DNA of 56,923 bases, the filler included, from Circinaria calcarea (Eukaryota): assembly GCA_051942165.1 (NCBI GenBank). It is 6 parts of 6 records of this genome, joined end to end, with 100 filler letters (N's around TTAATTAATTAA, not from the genome) between each part and the next. Parts side by side here need not be neighbours in the genome. Positions count along the whole stretch, not along the records: positions 38,022 to 47,423 come from JAVECS010000943.1; positions 47,524 to 56,923 come from JAVECS010000944.1; 4 more parts are not named here. One strand, 5' to 3'. A model generated the notes under the pieces. That model saw only the letters and a list, made by a program, of their open reading frames with translations, ran no database searches and was not told the origin of the DNA. Positions 38,143-48,865 of this stretch are shown here, piece by piece. The position numbers and the translations under genes are program-made. How positions within the stretch are numbered: the first letter of the stretch is position 1; every line of letters starts with the position of its first letter.

Positions 38143-38587
38143 AATCTTGGATTTTGATGAAGATAACGTCGTTTATTAAGGGTTTTTTTGCGACTAGCCT
38201 ATTTGCCAGGCGTATCAAGAAAAAAGAAAAAGCCCCAGGGGGGGGGGGTGGTTTTATCATGTTTAAGATTGGGGATACCCTACTATATGTACTCTGTCTG
38301 TACTTCTATTGGAAAAAGGTAAAAAGGTAAAAAATATATGTATGTAGAGATAAAGGGAGGGAGGGAGGGAATGGGTAATTACTACGGATTCGGAGGGTTT
38401 TCACTGATTGATATACGTAAGTTTGGCACATTGACGAGCGAACAAGGAAGGGTAAACCGGCCGGATGGTTGAATTGGCATGGCACTCCAAAGGTGGGTGA
38501 GTGGGTAGTAAAAGAAGCTTTTTTGATTTTCAAAAATTACATACACACAAAAATCCTCATAAGCGTGCCCAGTCAGTTATATACAAT

Positions 38588-41478
38588 CTACTTAAGCTTC
38601 ATCTCGAACCCCTTGCTCAGCGACGCATCCACCTTATACGTCAGCGTCTGCGTCGTCGCATTGTATGTTCCATGAGACTTCTCCGAACCCGTCGCGCCCA
38701 GCAAGATTGCATTCGTGATACGCACAGAACCTGCATTAAAGTCAAAAGTGCCCGTCATACTTAGGGTCGACCCATCATAGGCGAACTGGATCTCAGAGGT
38801 TGCAGGTTGAATAATAGATATTCCGTCGTCGAGATACAAACTTCCAGATGCTTTACCGTCCAAGCCAGGTGCGACAATGAGGTTGAAATCGAGCATACGC
38901 AGCGCTGTAGTGGTATTTGCGCCACTCACACGGATGGGGAGGATGGAACCACCCTTGATGTGAACTGGGATCTGCGTGTAATCGATGCCCGTTAGAGTAA
39001 CAGTAGTTCCCTTGCCGCGAACGGGTGTATAAGTGAAGAAATCGTAGAATTGGTCGTTGGGAAGGTAAATGGTAACATCGGTGACGTTTTCGTTGGTCAC
39101 GGGGCTGATAAGGAGACTCGATCCGTAAAAGTATTGGAGTGAGATCCCAAAGGTGTTCACGTCCTGCGGGTAAAGGAAGAACATGGGATTGAGCAGGGGC
39201 GTACCATCAACGGATTGCTGATGAAAAGCGGTATATATATAGTCCAAGAGTTGATACCTAGCCTTGATAGCGTTTCTTGCAGCCGCAGCGACAACTGGCC
39301 AGCGATAGAATTCGTGAGGAATGACGTCGATGGAGGCGTGGTTGCGATAAAACGGCATGAAGGCCCCTAATGTGGCCCAGCGGGCGCAGAGGGTTTCTGT
39401 TGTATTTCCCGCAAAACCACAAGCATCGGCCCCAACCATCGGAACTTGATATAGCGCGGCAAAGGAGATTGCTCCGGAAATGGAAATCCGATAATGGTCC
39501 CAGCTGGCTGTGTTATCACCCAGCCATTTACCCACCTTTGTCCCTGCCCCCGCAAAGGTGCTTCGTGTAATGACTAGAGGTCGTAAGCCAGGTCGTCTGT
39601 TAATCATGGCGTCCCGACTTGAGGAGCTCATCATGGTTCCGTAGAGGTTGTGGGCATCATACTCGCTCAACCCATTGGAATGTATGACATCAGTCGACAC
39701 AGTATGATTACTTATACTGCCAGCCGCGTTGTGAATTAGATATGGAGGATTGATTAGATCCCTGCCAGGTAAACCCTTCATATCACCGTTTGCTATCTGT
39801 CTTCTGATCTTCCTGCCAGTGCCTGACGGTTGGAAATCTGCAGGCCACCCAGGTAGAGATTGCGGATTAGAGGCACGAACTGGAGGTGGTGTCGGGGGGT
39901 TGTTGTTCGCAACAGCAAAACCAGCTGGATCTCTGCATGGATAAGGGCAGAAATTGCTCGGTTCATTCATATCCTAAATTTGTAATCAGCTTCTTTCAAG
40001 AAAAGACTTCTACTACATTTCGAGCTTACGATCCACAAGCCATCGATATCGATGCCGTTTTCGCGACTGAAGAAGGTCGAAAATTCGTTGTTCCAATATT
40101 CTTGGGTGACAGGAGCAAACCAGTCCGGGAAAGCTGTTATACCAGGCCAAACAACACCTTGGAAAATTGATCCATCGTTATTCTTGAGGAAAGCGCCAGC
40201 AGAGACTCCGTTGTTGAATGCAGAGTAGTTCTGATAGGCCACTGCTGGGTCTACCATCACAATGTATTGTTGATTGTTATTGTGCAAATGATCGACGAGC
40301 TCCCGGACCTTTGACAACGGGAAGCGTTCAGGGTCGAGAGTAAAGACCTTACGGCGGTCCATATAATCAATGTCCGTCCTTGGTGATCTGTGTTAGCGAG
40401 GAAAGTAAGGCCAGCTTTATTATACACTCACCACATCGTCTCAAGTGGAATGTTAGCCGCCGAATAATTAAAAACAACGTCAGCAACTTCGTAAACATCC
40501 CTCATCCCATAGCGGCAGTGATGGTATCCTAAACTCCAGTATGGCATCATTACAGGCAGCCCAACAACCTGACTATATTGTTGAGCAACCGCCACGGGGC
40601 TTGGGCCAGTTAGGAAATAGAAATCCAGGATTCCACCAATGACTATAAAATGTTTATTGTCAGTGGTGCCTTCTTGACTCCAGCGCAGGTTCCTGCATAC
40701 TGTTGTATTCAAGATACTGTCCAGTCTCGGGAGTATTGTTAATCTTGATATCCATCCCATTGCTATTCAGTAGAAATACACCGTGGGTTTCCTTTGTCGT
40801 CTCACGGTGTTCGAAATATACTGGGTGGTTCCCGTAAAGATTGGTTCCAGGCGGAATGAGATACGAATCGCGGGACCATAGAGTACGGATGTAATCGGTG
40901 GTATTCCGCCTAAAAGGATCAGTATCCTCCCCGAGTCCGTAGAGGTTGGGATTCGTTGGAAGGGACGTCCGCAGCCGCAGATATTGGGACTCGAAGATCA
41001 GGGCGGTCCCCGACGTATCGAACAAGACCTCGTTGGTTCCTTTTCGTTTGACGGCAAAGGAAAAGGGTTTGTTGATGACTACGAACTCTAAAGCGGCAGT
41101 AGCAGCGGTGCTTTGGGTGGTCGAGGCCGGACGATTGACCACGGAGATTGGGACTTGATAGATTTGATGCTTGACATCGGATATTTGGACATGAAGGCGA
41201 GTGTCTGAAAATATTGGTTAGCTCGCGTTACAGCAAGCAAGCTTGTGAAGCTAACCAGTTTGATACTCGACGAGAAGCTTCAAGTCTGTCAGGTCGGTAC
41301 CGAACACATTGCACGCAGGCCCGGCCAAACGTAGATCGGCTGTCAGTGTAGACCCAGTCGTTACCACATTGGATGCAAGGTAGCCTGGGCAATTATCATC
41401 GATATTCGGCGTTTGCCCGGCCACTATGGTAGCTGCGCATGCTAGCCAACTCCAGACTTTAGAGTAAGTCAGCATCAT
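38588..41478 (-). CDS. Secreted glycoside hydrolase family 31 alpha-glucosidase (AgdC-like), multi-exon
   Basis: Signal peptide, plus [49 protein letters not shown] (nucleophile), WLGDN (acid/base) and PFYRNH. Confidence 0.93.
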
Positions 41479-43240
41479 GTATTGTAAGAGGCTGAATTCG
41501 GTCAAGAGAGCGCATACAGAGACAGGAGCCCGCAGGTCCTTATACTATTGTCCCCCCCTTTGTGGATAAATGCTGTTGTCATTGCAGAGCACCTCCGCTC
41601 TGCCAATCGGCCCCGCATCTCGGACATGGCAACAAGCAGGATGCCTTAGGTACCTACCCAGGAAGGTGGGCAGGGTGCGAGGGGTATGTCATAAGTCATG
41701 TCGACGCAGTCAGAGTGCAGCGACCGTTTGACTGGTCGGCGGCTATCTAATACCTACACATATATTACAGTAGTCCCTCGTGGAGTCGTGAAATAACCCC
41801 TGCTACTCCCCTCGCTAGCTTACTGGTAGCTTTCCCCGCGTGAGGTCAGTGCACCACCATTCTAAAACCCTCCTAAATAGCAGAAGGATGTTTTCTGGTC
41901 TTCGGACACCGCAGATACTTAGCGGGGAAAAATTATCCGGAGACTGAAAACCGGACCCTCTGGTAGGCTTCCTCCAAACTTTCATCACTTTCCGGAAATA
42001 AGTTGATTGATGGGTTAAACGGCACCAAAACGTTTTCCTCCTCAATTCCAACGTGAGACATTCGGATTACTGCTTAGGGTCGCCCTTTTGCGGAGAATGG
42101 GCTAGGTCGGGAAGGGGAAGGCTCCGGCTAAACTACACTCAAGGGCCTTGAACCCTAAGAATGACCCAAGCATCATATTCAGCTCGCTTTCCATTTATTG
42201 TTAGGAGGCAAATCTCATACATTATATAGAGTTTACCTACTCCCGAGATGGACGAGCGGAGGCTTGAAAACGGATACTCCTGGGACCTTCTAGGGCAGTT
42301 TGACGGAATTTTTCCGCATGCTACTTTGTCTAACGAGGCTTTGGTCCGGGTTGCTTTTGAACAATTTTTGCCCTCTCTGCCTATTTGGGAAGGTCTTCTA
42401 TCTACTCTATGAGGGCCTTACGTGTACCTCGCAGCCTTTCCCCGCCCTCAAACTTCACTTGTACTGCGACATTTCTTTCTTTGCCACTTCCAGGCTAAAG
42501 TTAACGAAATTGGGAAGCAGAAGTTGTTATTGACCGGAAAATATGGACACAAGGACCACAGTCCATTTCTTATAAGGATGATCTTCATATTAAGGCTCGA
42601 GCGTTGGTCAAATGTAATCATATACAAGGACATGCAATCTATATAGAGAGGGCCATCAGGTCCATTTATGCTTCCTGCTCTGTGTTTGCCCGCCTCGATT
42701 CTAGAAAGACCTGCATTACCTTTCCTAACGAACGCCCTGAAGGATGGGCCTATCAGGAATGAACTCATACCTTCGTCAATCTCCTGTGAAGTGAAAAGTA
42801 TATGAATGGTTGTTAATCTTAGGACTTACCAGGTTGCTTGTTCCAAAGTACGAAGTTATTCGAGAAATCACACGAAGTAGCCACGATTGGCGCTAAATAC
42901 AATAGTATCCCCGTTAGCCTTAATCCATCCAGACCTCACCTAATCTTCTTCTTTCTCACCTCCTACAACCCGTCACCACACCCATTCCCATCACATCAAA
43001 ACATACCAATTGACTCGTACGTTCCCTTCCTACCCCCAATCTCTACCCAAATTCCCTACCCACTAGCCCCTTCCTTTCCCAACCAGCAGCCACATCCCAA
43101 AACCCTCAAACGCGTACCACCCTCTCCCCTCCGAACCCTTAAAAAATCATTCCCTAACTAACGCGCCCTCCCAGCTCCAACCCCCCAAAAACGACCCCTC
43201 CTCTCACCTAATCACCCAAATCACTCACCGAAAAGAAACC

Positions 43241-43411
43241 ATGCCTGCCGCAACCCAAGCCACCACCGACGCTGCCAAACTCGAGGCCAAACAAGCCCGC
43301 GCCGCTAATGCGCGTGCCGCCAAGGTGGAGAATAGCAAAATAAAAGCCGCGAAGAATGAGGCCGCGAAGTTGAGGATGGACAAGGCGAGGAAGGCGAGGG
43401 CCGGGTCTTGA
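43241..43411 (+). CDS. 56-aa Ala/Lys/Arg-rich microprotein, below the ORF-track cutoff
   Basis: MPAATQATTDAAKLEAKQARAANARAAKVENSKIKAAKNEAAKLRMDKARKARAGS*. Good start context (AAACCATG) and strong GC3 codon bias. Confidence 0.55.
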   Translation: MPAATQATTDAAKLEAKQARAANARAAKVENSKIKAAKNEAAKLRMDKARKARAGS

Positions 43412-44374
43412 TGGTGGATATGCATGTTGGAGGGATGAAGGGATGGATGTCGTTGGGGTATGGGAAGGTGGGTGAGAGGTTCACAAGTTGATGGGCCGGG
43501 GTTCTCGAACAGGAAATGAGCAACACATGGGCAAGAAGGGTGGGAAGCAGTGAGCCCAACCCAGGGCTATTTGTTTCTAGCTAGGAGAGGTATTTGACGG
43601 ATGGATAGCTGGCATGCTACCTGCTTAACTATTTACAAACCTTCTCGTTGTAAAAGGCTCATGCTTCACCACTCAACACGAATAATTCCCAGCTTTCGTG
43701 AACATAACTGATCCAGCTTCCCTCCACTTATCCACATCCAAAAGACCCCAACATACCTCTATTCCACCTGTGCTCGTCGGTGGTCTATCCTGTACTCAGC
43801 TCCGGCCCGCGTTGATGTGTTAACCTTCTAAATGTTCCAGAATGGGAATAAATGCCCGGGTTTGGCTTCTACCACCAACTAGGATAACCACCGCGAACGA
43901 ACCGCCAAAGTACCGAAGGGGCACACGCTACTATCTTCTTAGCTTTGATACTGGTACTGCTCTCCTTCACTCTCTCTCCCATCCCGCGGCTGTGGTAACT
44001 CCGCCTCTAGAAGGCGAGAGGCCGGACAAAACTCGACCGGCTAGGGTGATAATCTACACAGCTACCGCACGAGTCACGAATGCTAGAATCGAAATAACGA
44101 ATCACTTTTCTATTAGGGACGGTAGGTACATGGACGGAGCAGATGATGGTGGTTTAGTTCGGTGTCTTCGCATTGCTTCCAAGCCCTTATTATTCCTTTT
44201 TTAGGTAGAACCTCCTCTCGTGTGAATAATTAACCGAAAAAGCTTCCTCAAGCATGAAACCCTAATCAATCAGAAGTTTCTACTCAATTTGCTCCAACTA
44301 GGTTCGCTGCGGGAGGCTTGTGTAGATAGCCTAATGTGTGATAGGGTTCTTGGTGAAAGGATATTTTCTACATA

Positions 44375-45653
44375 TCAAAGGTCCTGTATCTTGATAACAA
44401 TCTTGCCTCTGGCCCTCCTACTCAAGAGCTTTTCATATGCCTATATGATTGAATTAATTCTGCTGCTGAATCCATCCGGTTATAAATATCATAGCTCAAG
44501 CTTACCTTCAAGACCTCCTCCATATCCCAAGTTGAATCTATTACCACCTTCAACTTTCCCTCCGCAACCATATTTCCCAATTTCTCCATCGTCTCTGGAG
44601 AAGTAAAGCCGCTCACGCCAACATAGTCCCTCAATCCGCCTCCTAGAAGACGCGGCCACCAAGTGTTCTTCAGCATCAAGGATGATGCATAAAGTAAGCT
44701 GGAAACTGTGTACTCTTGGAATGCCACGCCAACGGATACAAATGACTTTCCCCGCTTCAGGTAACCCCCGCAGTGGGTATACACATCTTGAACACCAAAA
44801 GCATCGATGATGATATCAAACGGGATTCTCCGATAGCTGGTGGTAAGGTATTCATGGATAGGTTCATGTGCTTGATAATCAATAACCTGTTCTCATAAAT
44901 AAGTTTCCCTTTCGAAAGTTGTCACAACCATGAGCATTGTAGGAATAAAATTGCCGAAAGGTAAATAGTCCCAAACAAAAGAGCTCAATGTGCTTTGGAT
45001 TCACGTATGTCGTCTACCCCCAAGCCTTTAACAACGTCGATATTCCTTCCTGAACAAACCGCCACAATCTCCCCCTCCTGTCCCACCGCGTCTCTAACCA
45101 TCTGCACCACCATCGTTCCAATACCGCCACTTGCGCCATAAACAAGTACCTGATCCCCTTTGCTGAGTCCCGCCTTTTCGACCAGTAGTAAAGCTGTGCA
45201 ACCTGCCACCCCTAGTCCCGCCGCTTCTTCAAAGTTGATGTTGGCAGGCTTCCGTACTACACTCGCATGGTTCACCACTACATACTCGGCTAGCGCACCA
45301 GCACCAGCTTTGAGGTGCCCTGCTACGCCTACGGAGCCGAAGACAGGCGTCCCAGGTAGGAGTCTGCGTGGCTTTGGGACCTCAGTACCAGCGGCAACAA
45401 TGACGCCAGAGAAATCAAGTTCCGGGATTGCTAATTTAGACCGGAAATAAAAAGGGCAGAGCTGCATCATGATAGAGCCCCCGGGATTAAGTGTGGCATG
45501 ACTGACGCGAACAAGAACGTCCGTAGATGAGTTGAGAGTGGGTATAACAATGTCCGAGGAAAGAGTGAGGACGGTCGAAGGCGGACCAGCGGCCAAATGG
45601 GTCCAGGCGCACATGGTAGCTGAGGGAGGGGGACCAGGTGCGTCTTTTTCCAT
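44375..45653 (-). CDS. Medium-chain dehydrogenase/quinone oxidoreductase-like protein (AST1/YIM1/RTN4IP1 type) with an anomalous first splice donor
   Basis: Motifs DVLVRVSHATLNP, PELDFSG, GALAEY, VLVYGASGGIGT, VIDY, FDIIIDAFG and AYEKLLSRRARGKIVI. Acceptor at 44887; the second intron starts GTAAGC at 44505. Confidence 0.85.
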
Positions 45654-46681
45654 GTCGGAGGAAAGCTAATATGGATCTGAATACAGCATAGAAACTAACA
45701 CAAAGGATAGAGAAACAGGTGATCAAGAGCGAAGTGTGCCTCAGGGCTAGGGAAAAGGATCGAAGAGGGACGGTCTAAATGTTCTGCAAGAATATAATGA
45801 CAGGTTCGCAAAAAGAAACTCATCAAGCATCTCACAGAATGGGATGGTTACTACCCCTTCTATATAGGCTATAACGTGAAATCTAATACGAACTCCTTCG
45901 TATTCGTAGCGAGGGTGTGCCCAAATGAAGGTAGGAGGCCAAAGCCAACAAACTAGCGAGGAGGCGGTTGCCCGGAGAAAAGATTCCTCCTAGCGCCCGA
46001 AGTCATTGAGGTGAAGGTCGGTGGTAAAGGACAGTCAGTGTAAAAAGGGTGCTATGTTTTCCCACCCATCTTTAGATTTATTCGGGAGTTGTATACAATC
46101 ATGGTATTATGTTATTCAATGAGCTATGATTCCCCGTATCAGTCGTCCTTCACGATATGTTATTTTCGGCAACAAGTTCTACTCTTCTCCGTCCTCGCCT
46201 ATGGTAATGGATCTAGGAAAAGTAAAAGCTGTAAAGCTACAGAGTATTTACGCCGTAGTATAACGTCAGCGTCGTCGGTTTGTTTACGGCGTTTTTCGGA
46301 TTTGGACAGACTTGCAATAACAGACCCTAGCATCTTCCAATCCCGAACTGCGGTGTTTCGTCTGCTCTTCCTTCTTGCCGCGTCTTTGAAACTCGTAAGA
46401 GAAGGGGTGCACGCTCGCACAAACAGGGTTTCGCTTTTACTCATACAGTGCGCTTTATACAGTTTCAAACGAGCTAAAGAAGCATTAGGTCTCGTTCGGA
46501 TGTTCGAGGTTACACCCCCTTGCTCTTCCCCTAGATTAACAATTCTGCATTGTGGAGAATGATTCCTGCTTACCATACCGGCTATAGCATATATAGTACA
46601 TCACTATAAGCTGCCCTTCTCATTTTACCCTTTCAGTCCCGAAGTTGGTGCTCGGATTTCTCGCGACCTCTGCCGGTGACG

Positions 46682-47423
46682 ATGCAACATTTAGACATCA
46701 TGTTCTCCATTCTTGTCATTGGTCTTTTTTTCTGTATCCCAAGTGTACATTCCTCTCCCGTAATTGTAGGCCCTGATCCGAGCCAAATGTGATCCCTTCC
46801 TGCGCACAATTCCTCCGTTCAATCGGCTAATCCTCTACACAGTCCTGACTTGACAGACGCCTCAACCGGAAACATCACCCTGATGCATTATCATCATACC
46901 ACCGCCCACTCCAAGCGTGACGTTGCCCGAGTAATAAGGGATTGCACGGGAGCGGAAGGAAGGGCCGTCCGATTTATACTCTCAGCTTGCATGAGAGAAT
47001 GGGCACATACGCCGACCCTCAATCCGAGGGCATACGAGATGATATGCCGCTCAAGCCCTTACTTGGCTCCTGGCGCGAGGATGGTCCATGCAGTAAACTC
47101 CTATCTCCACGGCTCCTGTTTACCTCATGAAATCTGCATCGACCGAATGACCGGCCCTCCCGAGAACACCCGCGTCGCCAATTGCGTCAGCACGGAAAAC
47201 TACCGCAATATCGCCGCGACGCTGAACCGAAAGAGGTTTGGCAGCATCCAGATCCCCACCGATCAGCCCAACGCGCAGCAGGCACTGCTGGTGGATGCGG
47301 TGTTGACGGGCCCGACGGTTGATACCTCGGTGCGAGCGCAGTCGATGAGGGTGACGGCCTTGAAGAAGCTGGCGACTATTAAAAACGTACCTCAGTATGG
47401 ACCACTGCCACGGGGGGAGTGGG
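46682..47423 (+). CDS. Secreted Cys-containing hypothetical protein, truncated by the gap
   Basis: Signal peptide MFSILVIGLFFCIPSVHS. Intron 46789-46842 joins in frame to ORF 46850. Kex2-like site HSKR|DV and several Cys. Confidence 0.65.
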
Positions 47424-47523
47424 NNNNNNNNNNNNNNNNNNNNNNNNNNNNNNNNNNNNNNNNNNNNTTAATTAATTAANNNNNNNNNNNNNNNNNNNNN
47501 NNNNNNNNNNNNNNNNNNNNNNN
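47424..47523. other. Artificial contig spacer 5
   Basis: 44 N + TTAATTAATTAA + 44 N. Confidence 0.98.
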
Positions 47524-48865
47524 GTTTATATGGGTGTACTTTGTGTGTTTTGGAACTTTGTTATGTACGCTGTACTTGTGGGAAGCTTTGGGTGGGGGAA
47601 TATTATATTTTTTACACTACTACCGGCGTTGATCGTATTTCATCCTATCCCCCCCGCAAAACAAGCAAGTGGCATGCTTCCTTCCTTTCTTCTTCCTCCA
47701 TTGATTGATTTCTTATAGGTAGGTAGATGGAGATTACCGTTATGCTTGCTATATCTGTGGAAATAAATTTTTAGGATAACGCTTCGATGTGGGGATGGAA
47801 GAGAGAGCGGGAAGGTTGGGGGGGGCGGGAAAGGGGGGTTATGGGTTTTGGGTTGGTGCCGGAGTCTAGTTGCTAGAATCTACTACCCTTGGGGGAGAAA
47901 TGGGTGTTTGGAGTCAACATTCTCGAGATACGAGATAAAAGGGAAAATGAGAGAAGGAGCAGATGGCGGCATGGCGCAAAGAGGAGGGTAGCCAAAAGAG
48001 GGGGGAGAGGGAGTTTTATTTCTACTTTGTTATTTAACTATCCTTTTGGGATATTGGGCATTTATCTAGTCGGGGAACACGTATATAGGAATGGGGTGGA
48101 CTGTTATTGGAATGAAAATGGGGGTGAGTTGGGGAAGTTTTGGAAACCGTACAGTTTTTGGATTATGGAGATTGTTACGTAGGTGCATGGTTTGAGATGT
48201 AAGAGACGTGGCCATAGTACTGGAGCGTTGGGACGGAGGGTTACTGTGGTAAGGTGGGTATATGACTTATCAGCTCGACCATTTAATAAACGAATGAATT
48301 CGGACAGCATAGTCCCAGGCTATACCCATGGACAGCGGTCTATTAATGAGTGATTACCGCGCGAGGGGGCCGTAACACAGATCAAATGAGATTCAACTCC
48401 AACCTTCATCTACATATTCCCATCAGACTTTCCCTAAACCCCCCAAACCCCCAACTTTCAACCCTCAAGCCGGAAATCCAAAACGCATGACCAAGCACCT
48501 AATCAAACACCACCATTCAATGACGTCCGGAACTCGCATACTCGCTTTTCTAACCACAAATCTCGAAGGCCCAACCCGGCTAGGGAAAGCGATAGCGACA
48601 GCAAAGACGACAAGAAGCGGATAATGGCAGAAAGGGGGTGCGACGAGGGGACTTCGGAAGGATGTTGGGAATTTCCTCTTCTCTTCTCTTTCTCTGCCTT
48701 TCTTCTCTCATCTCTCCTCCTTCCTTGCTCTTTTAACGAAGAACAACCATCGGCGAGGGTGGAGTGGAGGCAGGTAGCTGCGCCCGTTTGTTTCACGACC
48801 AGTGTTGGAAACGGCTTGCTGGTTCGACGGGTCAGACTCTCCGGACTGGGGTGGATAGGCTGGTT

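Noticed and set aside
42300..42850. Possible degenerate spliced gene on the minus strand
   Set aside because: A splice-like signal is present, but no identifiable protein similarity could be seen by eye.
46089..46576. Overlapping 157-aa (+) and 125-aa (-) ORFs
   Set aside because: No recognisable motifs or codon bias, and they lie in the divergent promoter interval.
9409..47523. TTAATTAATTAA recurring every ~9.5 kb as a biological repeat or CRISPR-like array
   Set aside because: It is always centred in exactly 44+44 N, which marks it as a six-frame-stop assembly linker.
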